A stretch of 64,000 nucleotides of DNA from the human T2T-CHM13v2.0 reference genome, Homo sapiens. The stretch is taken from the NCBI RefSeq assembly GCF_009914755.1, contig NC_060936.1. One strand, written 5' to 3'. Numbering within the stretch: the first letter of the stretch is position 1; the number at the start of each line of letters is the position of its first letter. Shown here in pieces: positions 1-30,663 of this stretch. The notes beneath the pieces are model-generated. The model ran no database searches. It was not told the DNA's origin and saw only the letters and a list, made by a program, of their open reading frames with translations. The position numbers and the translations under genes are program-made.

Positions 1-500
1 ATCTACACACACCAGTGGCAGCTGCCCCAGGGCCTGCTTCCCCTTCCTAAGTCTGTCATCCTCTGGAAGGGATGGGTGGTGCTCCAATCTCTGGTGCCTA
101 AAAACCCAAGTTTATTTCTCTCTTAACACTGGCAATAACCAGTCCACACCACTGTTGCCTTTTAAAACCTCTTAATAATCTCATGCTGTGTTTGTTTTGA
201 TTCCAATCCAATTATCACCAGGGCTGTGTGGGTAAATGCTTTTAAATGCTCTCTCATCTTGTTCTTCCCCCTCACCCCCCACTCTTAGGTATGTATGATG
301 CTAATCTTGTCCCTAAGTAAGTTTCTTCCTGCTCCTTTTGTATCTTCCTTTCTTGTCTTTCCTCCTACCTTTTGTCTCTTGGTGTTTTGGGACTTTTTTT
401 TTTTTTTTTTGGCCTTTTGTACAAAGATTAGTTTCAATGTAGTCTGTAGCCTCCTTTGTAAACCAATTAAAAAGTTTTTTAATAAAAAACCATGTCTCTG
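1..500 (+). other. SP1: Probable distal 3'UTR end of SP1
   Basis: Repeat-free, U-rich sequence ending in ATTAAA (466-471) and AATAAA (481-486), followed by a GU-rich downstream element. Identity inferred from recalled synteny (SP1 ends about 7.4 kb upstream of AMHR2); no SP1 coding sequence is present in the window. Confidence 0.7.
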
Positions 501-510
501 GTGTATTGAA
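466..510 (+). terminator. Polyadenylation signals (ATTAAA, AATAAA) with TGTCTCTGGTGT downstream element
   Basis: Motifs read directly; UGUA elements lie upstream (e.g. 418-421, 457-460). Confidence 0.75.
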
Positions 511-734
511 GAGGGTTGGGAATGGTGAGAGTGTACGTTTGTAACTTCATACTCTGAACCTAACAAAGGTTTCCAGCTACACTGTGTTGTGCTCCATACA
601 TGTTAATTAGTGCAATTGCCCTATATTTAACTCCCGGGTAAATGGTTTCATGACCAGATCAATGTGCCACAACTACACGGAAATGTGGAGGACCAAGACA
701 AACAGGCAACGCTAACTTTATTTTTTTTCTCATA

Positions 735-1280
735 TGCTTTTTTATTTTGGAATAATTTTAGATTTACAGAAAAGTTGTAAAGCTAGAACAGAGTTTCCAT
801 ATAATCCTTACCCGTTTCCCTCATTGTTAACATATTACCATGGTACATTGTCAAAATTAAGAAACTGACATCGTGGCCAGGTGTGGTGGCTCACGCTTGT
901 AATCCCAGCACTTTGGGAGGCTGAGGTGGGTGGATCACGAGGTCAGGAGATCGAGACCATCCTGGCTAACACGGTGAAACTGTCTACTAAAAATACAAAA
1001 AATTAGATGGGCGTGGTGGCGGGCATCTGTAGTCCCAGCTACTTGGGAGCTGAGGCTGGAGAATGGCGTGAACCCGGGAGGCGGAGCTTGCAGTAAGCCG
1101 AGATTTCACCACTGCACTCTAGCCTGGGCGACAGAGCAAGACTCCGTCTCAAAAAAAAAAAAGGTTTGTCTCTTCTCCCTCATTTGTTTAGTCAATTTAT
1201 ATTAGTATGTATTAATGTGTATTTATTTTATACATGGATTATAATCCATTACTATTTTGTTGCTCAGATTTTCCCAGCTA
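735..1280 (-). mobile_element. Old L1M-type 3' fragment interrupted by a + strand AluY-like element (875-1162)
   Basis: TATTTTGGAATAATTTTAGATTTACAGAAAAGTTGTAA resembles antisense L1MC/ME 3' ends; the Alu has a full dimer and A-tail. Confidence 0.55.
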
Positions 1281-1319
1281 CAGTCATTGTTATCTTTTGT
1301 CAGCCTATAAGCATGTTCT

Positions 1320-5427
<4,108 letters not shown>

Positions 5428-5951
5428 TCATTCCAAGAAAGGGTTTCCAGGAAGCCACTAGGGGGACAGAAAGCTAGGGAAACAGAGAACAAGTCCCCTC
5501 TGACTCTTAATTCTCAAGGAGCCAGTGGCTCACAGGTGTGGAAGTGATTACCTATTTCTGTTGTTTCTTACTCTGGGAAAGAGTCTGGTGGAGTTGGACT
5601 CCTCTGTCTCTACTGCAGAACAAGCCATAGCCCTCTCCTCCCAACTCCATGCTGAAACTCTCCACATCCTGTGCCCGCCCTTCACATTTTATAGTCCCTG
5701 AAGCTTAGTAAATGTAGGAGGTATACTATATGTATTAGTCATCAGAGGAGGTACTTTCTGCCCTCTCACCGCAGCAGGGAATTTCTCCTCTGCTGACCTC
5801 TGGTGGTGATAGTTTGAACTGTACCCTCCCTTTTTAGTTAGTGGCCTGTTGGCAGGTAATGATGCATATTTTCTCAACAATTTAAATTCAAATGTCCAAG
5901 TATAGTATTAAGTGGTAATTTTTTTTCATTGTTGAATTTTGTACGTCTTTC

Positions 5952-6975
<1,024 letters not shown>

Positions 6976-7057
6976 AATTTGTTACCTCCTTAATAATGGG
7001 TATTTGTTCAGCCTGTGAACCAATGTGTTTTTTTTTTTTAAGTAAAATCCACGGCTA

Positions 7058-7436
<379 letters not shown>

Positions 7437-7559
7437 TTAAGTTGGAAAACAAGGTAACCTCTAATATGGGCTGTGAGGCCTTCCTCTGCCCAAGCAGTTG
7501 CAGATATGAACCCTGAATATAAAGAGATCTTAGGCTAGAAAGGATCTTGGGCAGAGCTG

Positions 7560-7977
7560 AATGGCTCTAAGCATTTGACCTCACATTGGTTTCCTCCTGA
7601 GAAGAGTCAACAGAGTCCAGCATCTTCTTCCAAGGTCAGGGAAGGGCAAAGATTTGAAATTAGGCATCACTGGGTTCTCAGCTGGGCCTCCAAGTTCCCC
7701 TCCTCTCACTATGCAGAGCAAAGAGGAGGTTGCAGAAGAGAAGAGGATATGAGATTGGTTCTCTGCTCCTCCCTTTCTTTCCCTGCTTTCCCCACACCCA
7801 CCCTCTCCCCCACAGCAGCCTTCTCCCCCACAGAGGCTGGGATAGGATGAGGGGGGCGGAGTTGGGGACTGAGGGATCAGAAGCCCCAGGATGCCCTGTA
7901 TCTGAAGAAAGATTTGGCCAGGGGCAGCTGTGCTGGCTTATGCTCTTCTCCTTCTGCTGCTGCCATCCTCCAGCAAG
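7560..7977 (+). promoter_or_regulatory. AMHR2: AMHR2 proximal promoter/5'UTR with SF-1 (NR5A1)-type site CCAAGGTCA (7630-7638) and GC box GGGGCGGAG (~7853-7861)
   Basis: Motifs seen directly; SF-1 regulation of AMHR2 is established; no TATA box is apparent. Confidence 0.7.
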
Positions 7978-8026
7978 ATGCTAGGGTCTTTGGGGCTTTG
8001 GGCATTACTTCCCACAGCTGTGGAAG
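7978..8026 (+). CDS. AMHR2: AMHR2 exon 1 (signal peptide MLGSLGLWALLPTAVE)
   Basis: ATG at 7978, donor GAAG|GTAAGT. Confidence 0.97.
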
Positions 8027-8143
8027 GTAAGTGTCTACAGGGAGGGGAAGGGTCTCTCCATCCATCCAGCAAGGGAAAGGGGCGCTTGAAGCAAGAGCCA
8101 CCCCTTTGGAAGAGTGGTGAGTGGGCTGGGTGAGTAAGGGTGA

Positions 8144-8990
<847 letters not shown>

Positions 8991-9200
8991 TAGGATGAGA
9001 GGTGGAACCAGGGCCAGTTCTCACCCTACTCCCGCCCCACGCTTTCCTCCTCCTGGCCTTGGGAAGTTGGTTGCCCTGGTGACTGGGAGATAAGGGGTCT
9101 TGTGACCAGGGTGGGGGTGGGTTGAGACGCAAGCTCTCAGGAGGGGAAGAGCAGAGAGCAGGTTTGGGTCAGTGCTCTCCAGCCTGCATTCTTGCCTTGA

Positions 9201-9386
<186 letters not shown>

Positions 9387-9497
9387 TAGCCTGATTCCCG
9401 GACTCCCATGACCTCTCACAAAGCTCCCTTTCCACGAAGTCCCTTTTCCTGTCCCTATGCATTTGCACCCTGACCCTAAGGCTCTTGTCTGTTCCAG

Positions 9498-9616
9498 CCC
9501 TGCTACAGCGAAAGAACTACAGAGTGCGAGGTGAGCCAGTGCCAGAGCCAAGGCCAGACTCAGGCAGGGACTGGAGTGTGGAGCTGCAGGAGCTGCCTGA
9601 GCTGTGTTTCTCCCAG
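9498..9616 (+). CDS. AMHR2: AMHR2 exon 5 (juxtamembrane)
   Basis: [10 protein letters not shown]...LCFSQ; AG/GT boundaries. Confidence 0.95.
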
Positions 9617-9695
9617 GTGCCCCAGGGAGGGAGAGAAGGGCTCCTCTGGGCACTCCTGGAGGTTGTGCTGGGGAGGAATCCTGGCCCTGTTATAG

Positions 9696-10076
<381 letters not shown>

Positions 10077-10091
10077 TAAAACATTAAAAAT

Positions 10092-11745
<1,654 letters not shown>

Positions 11746-12728
11746 ATGCTACACGCTTTAAACACATTTCCAAACTTACCCTTCACAAACACATTATGAG
11801 ATAGGAATGATTATCCACATGGGGCTCAGAAAAGGAAAGTCATTTGCCCAGAATCTATGTGACTCTAGAGCTGGCTCCTCATCATCGTGTCTATTGCCTC
11901 CTGTTTACCCCTCCATCAGGACTGTGTGTGTCTCTGTCCACGTGGAAGAGCTCCCCACAACTCACTTTGCCCTATTGTAAGTAGTTCAACCTCCACCACC
12001 TGTTTCAGAGCCCAAATGCAGTGGCTCTTCCCTGAACTTTTTCAGCACCTACAGCTTCTGTACTTCTGAAATCTTGAATGATGGAAAGTCCCTTCTTTGA
12101 CCATATACCTCCTGGCCCAGCTCAAAAATCACTGTTTTTTTGTTTGTTTAATTTCTCTGACTTCTCCAGGCAGGGTTAGTCATTCTTGCTTTATGCCCCT
12201 TGGCACTCGGTTAATTTTCCTATCTTGGGGTTTACTGCATTCTTTATCTCTTACCTTCCCTGAGCCATCTTGGTGCCTGAACACAGTTCGTGGCCACCGA
12301 AGGTGCTCGATGACACTTGTTGAATGAGGGGTTCTATTGCTCCCTTCCCTCCAATTCCCACTTGCCCTCCACCTGCTACTCTGTTATCTACTGGCTCTGC
12401 CCGTCTATGTGTACACATGCCTGACACCTCAGACAAGGTGACTCATGAAGGATGCCCCTGACTAGCTTGCCCTGCCTCCTCTGTTACTGTCTTTGCCGCA
12501 TGTCTTCTGAGTCAGTATAAGGTGGTGGTTATTAGTAAGTGATCCTGAGTCAGACTGCTTGGATTCAAGCTCCACTCCTGCCTCACCGACTGACTTCAAG
12601 AGAGTTTCCTTAGTTCTGTAAGGAAAAGCTCTTCATCTGTTAAATGGGGGTGTGACAGGAGCACCTACCTTCTAGGGTTTTCACAAGGATTACAGGAGGC
12701 CACATCCACTGGGTCTGGACCACAGTAA

Positions 12729-13058
<330 letters not shown>

Positions 13059-13154
13059 TGAGCTGGGCATAGGAAGTCAAGGGAGCCACAGTGCTATGTT
13101 TGTGATTCTGCCTTAGTTTGGAGGGGAAAGATTGGGTCAAAAGAGGGAGGAAGA

Positions 13155-13689
<535 letters not shown>

Positions 13690-13873
13690 TGAGGCCCAGG
13701 ATGATGTTGGTGCTGCTGATGGCAATGCAGCCATTGTGTGTCAACAGTTGTAGCAATACCTATAGCATTTGGGACATTGCTGAGTCTGTAGTTGGGGGGA
13801 TATTGCATGGACCATTGCTGCAATGAGGATTGCCACAGAGATGATTCTTGGCCCTTCGTGCCTTGCTCTCCAG

Positions 13874-14021
13874 GCTGGCACCCAGAGGTACATGGCACCA
13901 GAGCTCTTGGACAAGACTCTGGACCTACAGGATTGGGGCATGGCCCTCCGACGAGCTGATATTTACTCTTTGGCTCTGCTCCTGTGGGAGATACTGAGCC
14001 GCTGCCCAGATTTGAGGCCTG
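13874..14021 (+). CDS. AMHR2: AMHR2 exon 9 ([14 protein letters not shown])
   Basis: Kinase subdomains VIII-IX. Confidence 0.97.
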
Positions 14022-14188
14022 GTAAGGATGGGTGGTACAGTCCCCTCTCCTGGGCTCCCCCCCGCCCATTCTAGGTTCACCCCAACCTGACCTGGCCTGA
14101 GAAAGCTCTGCTCTTCCCTGTCTTGCCCTTTCTACATGGTAGGCACCCCTAGGACTAACTGATACCCAGCCCCTCTACCTTCCTCCAG

Positions 14189-14325
14189 ACAGCAGTCCAC
14201 CACCCTTCCAACTGGCCTATGAGGCAGAACTGGGCAATACCCCTACCTCTGATGAGCTATGGGCCTTGGCAGTGCAGGAGAGGAGGCGTCCCTACATCCC
14301 ATCCACCTGGCGCTGCTTTGCCACA
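14189..14325 (+). CDS. AMHR2: AMHR2 exon 10
   Basis: [16 protein letters not shown]...RCFAT; ACA|GTAAGA donor. Confidence 0.96.
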
Positions 14326-15162
14326 GTAAGAGGCCTAGGCTGTTGGTCTGGGAACCTGGAGAGTGGGGGCTGGGCATGGGCTTCAAGGACGTCTCTGCCA
14401 GAGTGTCTGTCTACTCCTATCTCCACTTATCTCCCATCACTCCTTGGTTCATGCTCAGCTGGAACTGGGCAAGCCTCCTCTCCCCGTCAGTTCATCCTCT
14501 TCCACCCTAAGTCTCACACAGTCGATTCCATCTACCTGAGACACACACCTTCCTCCTGCTCAACCTTGCCCAGCCTGTCTCTCCTCTCTGCCATCAGTTA
14601 GCCCTGTTCCTCAGTCCCCTTCTCCAGGAAGCCCTCCTTGGCTTTGCTCTTGCCCTGAGCTCTGCCCCATCTGCTCTCCTAATACAGTAAAGCCCAAAAA
14701 TCAATTCAATAAGTCCCCATTCTGTCATACATTGATGATGTTTCTGCTGTGACCCAATAAAAGGCAGTTCTAGGTATAAAAGGTGAAAGCAGTGGCGTCA
14801 CAGTGAAAGTTCAGGGCTTTGCACAAATACTTTTTTAACAAAATGTCCCTTCTGTACCTGATCTGAAATTTCCACGGCACAAGTCTTAGGTTGGCTGACA
14901 GAAACTGGGCATTACTTGCAGAAGACTCTGGCTCTCTGAGAGGAAAGAGAGTAATTTCCCATTAGCATATTAAGCTGTCAACCTACATTAGCTCCTCAGA
15001 GGAAACAGTGGGCTATACAGAAGGCCCCCAGAGAGGCTGTTTCATAGGGAGCAAGACTCAGAGGGCTGGAATTCAGCAAGAGGGAGAGGAGGGAGGCTCC
15101 AGGAAAGATCAGAAGTGGATGTTGAAAGCAGGAGAGTGATGGACACTGAAGATGGCTTTTAA

Positions 15163-15516
<354 letters not shown>

Positions 15517-15551
15517 ATATGCAGTTTATGTGTCATCAATGTACATGCCAA

Positions 15552-15697
15552 CATAAATATGGCGATTGTATAGCTGTCTTGTCTGCCTCATCACTGCATT
15601 TCCCACCTGCCGAATCCTTGGATTCTTCTGCGGGCATCCAGTCCACATCAGTTCTGACCAGTGACTTGGGGTAGGTGTGCACAGGAAAGAGAATAAA
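15552..15697 (+). terminator. AMHR2: AMHR2 poly(A) signal candidates: CATAAA (15552-15557) and AATAAA (15692-15697)
   Basis: Motifs downstream of the stop codon. Confidence 0.6.
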
Positions 15698-15809
15698 GTC
15701 AGCTTTCCTGATGCATATCCTTGGTCCTTCCTCTATTCCTGTAATCCAGGGACCCTCTTGTCTCTCTTCTTTTCCACTAACATTTATTTTTATTTATTTA
15801 TCTGGTTTC

Positions 15810-21315
<5,506 letters not shown>

Positions 21316-21684
21316 AAGATAGTTTTGTTATGTAAGATACTATCACTGGGGGAAGCTGGGTAAATTTTACAACTTCTTGTGAGTCTAAAATTATTTCAGA
21401 ATAAAAGAACACTGTCTAGGCAATACCACTCAGGACATAGGCATGGGCAAAGATTTCATGATGGGATCACCAAAAGCAATCGCAATAAAAGCAAAAATTG
21501 ACAAATGTGATCTAATTAAACTAAAGAGCTTCTGCACAGCAAAAGAAACTATCATCAGAACAAACAGGCAACCTACAGAATGGGAGAAAATTTTTGTGAT
21601 CTGCCAAAGTGTCTAATATCCAGAATCTAGAAGAAACTCAAACAAATTTACGAGAAAAAAACAACCCCATTAAAAAGTGGGCAA

Positions 21685-22366
21685 CGGCCAGCCTCCCCGT
21701 CCGGGAGGGAGGTGGGGGGCGGCCCCCGCCTGGCCAGCCGCCCCGTCCGGGAGGTGGGGGGTGCCTCTGCCCGGCCGCCCCTTCTGGGAAGTGAGGAGCC
21801 CCTCTGCCCTGCCGCCACCCCGTCCGGGAGGTGTACCCAACAGCTGATTGAGAACGGGCCATGATGACGATGGCGGTTTTGTCGAATAGAAAAGGGGGAA
21901 ATGTGGGGAAAAGATACAGAAATCAGATTGTTGCTGTGTCTGTGTAGAAAGAAGTAGACATAGGAGACTCCATTTTGTTCTGTACTAAGAAAAATTCTTC
22001 TGCCTTGGGATGCTGTTGATCTATGACCTTACCCCCAACCCGGTGCTCTCTGAATCATGTGCTGTGTCCACTCAGGGTTAAATGGATTAAGGGCGGTGCA
22101 AGATGTGTTTTGTTAAACAGATGCTTGAAGGCAGCATGCTCGTTAAGAGTCATCACCACTCCCTAATCTCAAGTACCCAGGGACACAAACACTGGGGAAG
22201 GCCGCAGGGTCCTCTGCCTAGGAAAACCAGAGACCTTTGTTCACTTGTTTATCTGCTGACCTTCCCTCCACTATTGTCCTATGACCCTGCCAAATCCCCC
22301 TCTGCGAGAAACACCCAAGAATGATCAATTAAAAAAAAAAAAAAAAAAGAGATAGGAAAAAAAAAA
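21685..22366 (+). mobile_element. 5'-truncated SVA (VNTR remnant + SINE-R + poly(A)) with TSD AAAAAGTGGGCAA
   Basis: VNTR units CCCGTCCGGGAGGGAGGTGGGGGG; SINE-R (HERV-K LTR-derived) GAGAACGGGCCATGATGACGATGG...GAAACACCCAAGAATGATCAAT; TSD at 21672-21684 and 22367-22379. Confidence 0.95.
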
Positions 22367-22381
22367 AAAAAGTGGGCAAAA

Positions 22382-22709
<328 letters not shown>

Positions 22710-22729
22710 TCAAAAGAAGATATGCAGCC

Positions 22730-23121
<392 letters not shown>

Positions 23122-23235
23122 CTATCTCATGCCAGTCAGAATGGTGATTATTAAAAAGTCAAGAAATAACAGGCCAGGCCTGGTGGCTCATGCCTGTAAC
23201 CCTAGCACTTTGGGAGGCCAAGGGTGAGTGAATCA

Positions 23236-23598
<363 letters not shown>

Positions 23599-24199
23599 TC
23601 AAAGATCTAGAACCAGAAATACCATTTGACCCAGCAATCTCATTACTGGGTGTATACCCAAAGGAATATAAATCATTCTATTACAAACATACATGCATGT
23701 GTATGTTCACTGTAGCACTATTCACAATAGCAAAGACATGGAATTAATCCAAATGCCCATCAACAATAGACTGAAAAACTGTGGTACATATATACCATGG
23801 AATACTATGTAGCCATAAAAAGGAATGAGATCATGTCCTTTATAGGGACATGGATGAAGCTGGAAGCCATTAACCTCAGCAAACTCATGCAGGAACATGT
23901 TCTCACTCAAGTGGGAGCTACACAGTAAGAACACATGGACACAAGGAGGGGAACAACACACACTGGGGCCTGTTGGGGGGTAGGGTCAGGGGAGTGAGAA
24001 TATTAGGAAAAATAGCTAATGCATGCTGGGCTTAATACCTAGCTGATGGGTTTATTGGTGCAGCAAAATTTGTGCAGCAAACCAGCATGGCACACATTTA
24101 ACTATGTAACAAACCTGCACATCATGCACATGTACCCCAGCACTAAAAATAAAAATTAAAAGAAAAAAAGTTTAAAATATTTCAAATGCTTTAGTTTAA

Positions 24200-24662
<463 letters not shown>

Positions 24663-24870
24663 TGATCCGCCTGCCTCGGCCTCCCAAAGTGCTGGGATTA
24701 CAGGCGTGAGCCACTGCGCCCGGCCACTTGTATTTTTTTTTTTTTTTTAAAGGCTGGGTACGGTGGCTCACGCCTATAATCCCAGCACTTTGGGAGGCCG
24801 AGGCGGGCAGATCACGAAGTCAAGAGAGCGAGACCATCCTGGCCAACATGGTGAAATCCCATCTCTACTA

Positions 24871-25242
<372 letters not shown>

Positions 25243-25539
25243 CTACTTGACAGATGGCGGAGCTATGCAATTGAGAGAGGGAATCCTGGGAGAGATTATG
25301 AAATCTCTGTATCTTCCGCAAGAATGTTTGTTTGCTTCCCTTGCGAGTGTAAGACGGAGCCGGGAACATTGAGGCTTGGGGCTGGGACTCAGCAGCTCTT
25401 CTGCCCTTGCCGAGAACTCTGTCTATATCTGTATTACAACACTTACCATAGTGTATTCATTTTACAAGGTATTGCACCCAGTGAACCATGAGGTAAGAGA
25501 GCAAGGGAAGAGTTTCTTCTCGGTGTCTCTAGGACTTTG

Positions 25540-25835
25540 CCCAGCAGCTGGCCCCGCCCCCTCCAGCGCTCTCCGCCTAGCCCCGCCCCCAGGAGATTTC
25601 CGGCTTCTCGGTACTGGCCTAGCCGTAAAGGGCTCCGCTCCGCCCCTAGAGCAACCGTTTCCTCCTCAGTCGGACCAGAGTGATTGATTAGTTTGTTGTC
25701 TAATCATCAGTCGAGCGGCCACATAATTACCAATTAGGCAGTAGCAGAGGCGGGTGCCGAAGCACGGGGTCTGGGTGACTAGGAAGAGCCGAGACTGCGA
25801 AGGAGAACGCAGCAAGCCCAGGCGGCGGTGGAAAG
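25540..25835 (+). promoter_or_regulatory. PRR13: PRR13 promoter and non-coding exon 1 (donor AAG|GTGATG at 25835/25836)
   Basis: Three GC boxes (CCCCGCCCC ~25552, ~25581; CCGCCCC ~25640), ETS-like TTCCGG, CCAAT (~25730), CpG enrichment. Confidence 0.75.
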
Positions 25836-26141
25836 GTGATGGGGTATCTGGATTCCATAGGTTTTTCCTTTTCCCCTTGCTAGGTCAAGAGTCTCTTCGC
25901 AGCTTGGGGCTAGGATCTTCATTTGCCTTTTTTCTTTTTTGGAGGAAGGGGGCTGTGTCCACATATTTAAGTATTTGAGGTTCTTGGGCAACTTCCTTCT
26001 TACTTCGCCTCGAGGCGTATCCTTTTTTTAGCCTGAGGTGGGGTCCTCCCCAGGGAGAGAGAAAGTTGTTTGAGATCCTTTCTTACTCTGTGCGTGGTTA
26101 AAGGCCTCCGTACTCAGTTCCAGGGAAAGGGAGATGAGTGA

Positions 26142-26522
<381 letters not shown>

Positions 26523-26757
26523 TGATCCACCCGCCTCGGCCTCCCAAAGTGCTGGGATTACAGGCGTGAGCCACCGCGCCCAGCCAGAAAAGAGACATTT
26601 CTTATGTGGAAGTTGTGGTAGTTCTCCAGGTAGGAGAGCCTACTGTGGGGTGGAAGACGTTAGGGCTGGGCTCCGGTGCTAAGTCCACTTCCTACCTCTA
26701 GACCGTCATCTTTTTTGCCTCATTTCTTTCTCCTCAGGCTGGAGGACACACCTAAAC

Positions 26758-26776
26758 ATGTGGAATCCCAATGCCG
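26758..26776 (+). CDS. PRR13: PRR13 exon 2 coding part (MWNPNA-G); exon begins 26738
   Basis: Polypyrimidine + CTCAG acceptor, AAACATGT start, CCG|GTAGGT donor. Confidence 0.9.
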
Positions 26777-27433
26777 GTAGGTGTTTGGGGGTTCTGTTCC
26801 ACCCCTAACCCTTTTTCTGATGGGCTCTATAACAGGAAGTTTCTGTATCAGCTCCCCTACCCCCGACCTGCTGTACCCGCAAAAGCAAAGTCCTTAGTCT
26901 AGAGCTGACCAGTGCTTTTTAATTTAATTTAATTTATTTATTTTTTGAGATGGAGTCTCTGTTGCCCAGGCTCACTGCAACCTCCGCCTCCTGGGTTCAA
27001 GCGATTCTCCTGTTTCAGCCTCTGGAGTAGCTGAGATTACAGACGCATGCTATCACGCCCGGCTACTTTTTGTATTTTTAGTAGAGATGGGGGTTTCACA
27101 ATTTGGCCAGGCTGGTCTCAAACTCATGGCCTCATGAGATCTGTCCACCTCGGCCTCCCAAAGTGCTGGGATTACAGGCGTGAGCCACCGCGCCTGGACT
27201 GACCAGTGCTTTTGTCTTCCTCAGAGTTCACTGTCTCCCTCCTCTCCCTAGCCCTTCCAGGGACATTCCCCCTTTTCTCCCCAACTCAAGTTTGTCTCCC
27301 CTACCCTCCATTCTTCTTTGTCATCTTTCCGTTTCCCTTTAAGTATTGAGTGAGAAAGAATCTCTTTCTTTTTGTTGTTTGTTGTTGGAGACTCTGGGGA
27401 ATTCTAATGTTTATTCTCTGCTTCTTCCACCAG

Positions 27434-27816
27434 GGCAGCCAGGGCCAAATCCATATCCCCCCAATATTGGGTGCCCTGGAGGTTCCAATCCTGCCCACCC
27501 ACCACCTATTAATCCACCCTTTCCCCCAGGCCCCTGTCCTCCTCCCCCAGGAGCTCCCCATGGCAATCCAGCTTTCCCCCCAGGTGGGCCCCCTCATCCT
27601 GTGCCACAGCCAGGGTATCCAGGATGCCAACCGTTGGGTCCCTACCCTCCTCCATACCCACCGCCTGCCCCTGGAATCCCTCCTGTGAATCCCTTGGCTC
27701 CTGGCATGGTTGGACCAGCAGTGATAGTAGACAAGAAGATGCAGAAGAAAATGAAGAAAGCTCATAAAAAGATGCACAAGCACCAAAAGCACCACAAGTA
27801 CCACAAGCATGGCAAG
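27434..27816 (+). CDS. PRR13: PRR13 exon 3 (Pro/Gly-rich region, then Lys/His-rich segment)
   Basis: GQPGPNPYPPNIGCPGG...KKMQKKMKKAHKKMHKHQKHHKYHKHGK; AAG|GTCAGT donor. Confidence 0.95.
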
Positions 27817-28376
27817 GTCAGTACCCTCTGGAGACTGGCTAGGGAAGGAGTCCCCCCTCAGAGGGACTAGGTAGGCAGGGGTTGGGTGAGGGGGATTCAC
27901 ATTCTGTGGACGTGAGGGATGACAATTGTGTCGCTCTGGTAGATGATTCTTCCTTTTTATAAAAGATTGCTACTGGGAAGAATCTGATTATCTTGAAAAT
28001 AAACATCAGGCTTCTCCTATCTGGGGGGAGTTAGGGTGAGCCTTAGAATGGATTTTAGAATCAAAAGCCAAATCTTTTCTGCCCTACTCTCCCAGAACTT
28101 TTGCTCCCCTCCCGCCAGGTGCATATTCTAGCAAGTTGGACACGCCCACTGACATTGTCAAAATACCAAAGTCATTCCTTTGACAAAGCAAGGTCTTATA
28201 ATAATTAACAGAATTAATCTGTCCCTAGTTCCAGAAGTTCCTTCTCTCTTTCATCAGTGTTCTTAGGGCGTTGTGTTAATTACATGGGTCCTTTGCCCTA
28301 TCATCCAGCAGAAAAAGTGAGGACAAGAGCAGTCAGTGACTAGGCTTCTAACAAAGCCTAGGACTAAGGAGGTTTT

Positions 28377-28727
<351 letters not shown>

Positions 28728-29192
28728 TTAAAAATTGGTAAGGGTGGCCAGGTGCCATGGCTCATGCCTGTAATCCTAGCACTTGGGAATTATTAGCTGG
28801 GTGTGGTGGCGCATGCCTGTAATCCCAGCTACTCAGGAGGCTGAGGCAGGAGAATTGCTTGAACCCGGGAGGCAGAGATGGCAGTGAGCCCAGATCTCAC
28901 CACTGCACTCCAGCCTCGGTGACAGATAAGACTCCATCTCAAACAAACAAACAAAAAATAGCAAGGATAAAAGCAACTCTGAGGACAACTCTGGAAGGAT
29001 TAAACCAATCTGCATCTTGATGAGGCCTCCATTTACATTTAACTGCCCAGTATTTATTTGCCTTGTGGATTCTAATTCCTGATTCTGGGTCTTTGATAGA
29101 AATCTGAAGAGAAGGCTGTGCGCCGTGGTCCACACCTGTAATCCCAGCACTTTGGGATTCCGGGGCGGGCGGATCACGAGGTCAGGAGTTCA

Positions 29193-29438
<246 letters not shown>

Positions 29439-30058
29439 TTAGTGGGGAAAAGCGGGAGAAATTACCCTGGAGAGACTGAAAAATGTTTTTATTTAATAAC
29501 TAGCATTGCTGGGAGTATATGCTTAAGGAACCTTGAATAGAACTCCCAGCCTTTTCTTACACCTTCCCCACTTTTTCCCATTGTGCTTGGGAAAAAGTAG
29601 AGATACATGCACATACAACTGCTGTTTCTACTGTCTTTTCTTAGATTTGTAGAATCCAATTTCTTAAAATCATAGGACTTTGCACGCAGCTAATGAATAA
29701 GCATTGAAAAGGTAACAGCTGTTTCCTAGCACTATACTATGCTTGTGCCTGTAATTTATTCCTTGCCTAGGCATCGATTCAGGTAAAGAAAGTTGGAAAT
29801 TTGCTCCAAAGGCAATATGTTAAATTTTTTAAATTCCGTGTGATAATTTAGGATGGTTTAATCCATTCCTGTATGCTCACTGCTGAAGGAAACCCTTGCT
29901 TTTGTTTAGGTACAGTCTGTTCAAGACTCCTGACCTTCTTAGGGAAGCAAGGGATACTTGGGTGGAGGGGTGGGGCACCAAAGAATGGCCCACGGAGTGA
30001 TGAAAGGTCATTTGGATCTGATGCTATCTTCTTTCCCCTTTCCCCTTTCCCCTTGCAG

Positions 30059-30103
30059 CATTCCTCCTCTTCCTCCTCCTCTTCCAGCAGTGATTCTGAC
30101 TGA
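30059..30103 (+). CDS. PRR13: PRR13 exon 4 coding part (HSSSSSSSSSSDSD*)
   Basis: Total CDS 19+383+45 = 447 nt = 148 aa + stop. Confidence 0.95.
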   Translation, partial: HSSSSSSSSSSDSD

Positions 30104-30657
30104 ATACAGGCCCTGGACCCTTCCCTCAAGTCTCACCAGTTCTGCTCTCCCATCAAGCTTCAGATGCCATGTTGTACTGGGGGAATGTAGCCCTTGTGCT
30201 CCCCACCCCCTACCTCCACCTGAGCCTCACCCTGCTGTTGAGCCCTGAGTGGCTAGGGGAAATGGGAAGAGGATTGCCATGGCCTGGCCATCTTGTTGCT
30301 GCTTGGTTAGATCATATAGCTAATGAATTAGGCAGGGGAGCTATTTTTTGAAGATGATGAACTAAATGTTGAAGACAAGTTTGAGATCTGTAAAATGTGA
30401 TTTTTTACTTCCACTTATAATACTTGTGATTGGGGAGGTTTGTGGAAATTCAATTATGATGAAAAACCTATCTTTTTTGTAATGTTGGCATACTTGGGGA
30501 ATTTAGTGGCAAATACATTCCCCAGCAGGCCTTTTGTTGGTTGCACTAACTGCAAGGTTGCTGGGAAGTAGAGTCCATTTGGTTGATGAGCTTTGACTGC
30601 GGTTTTGGAACCTTACCTCTCCTCCTTAGCCCAATATGCTGTCTTGGGTCCTATTCA

Positions 30658-30663
30658 AATAAA
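30658..30663 (+). terminator. PRR13: PRR13 poly(A) signal AATAAA
   Basis: First AATAAA about 555 nt after the stop codon. Confidence 0.75.

Noticed and set aside
27301-27900. 199-aa antisense ORF
   Set aside because: Shadow frame of the Pro-rich PRR13 exon 3.
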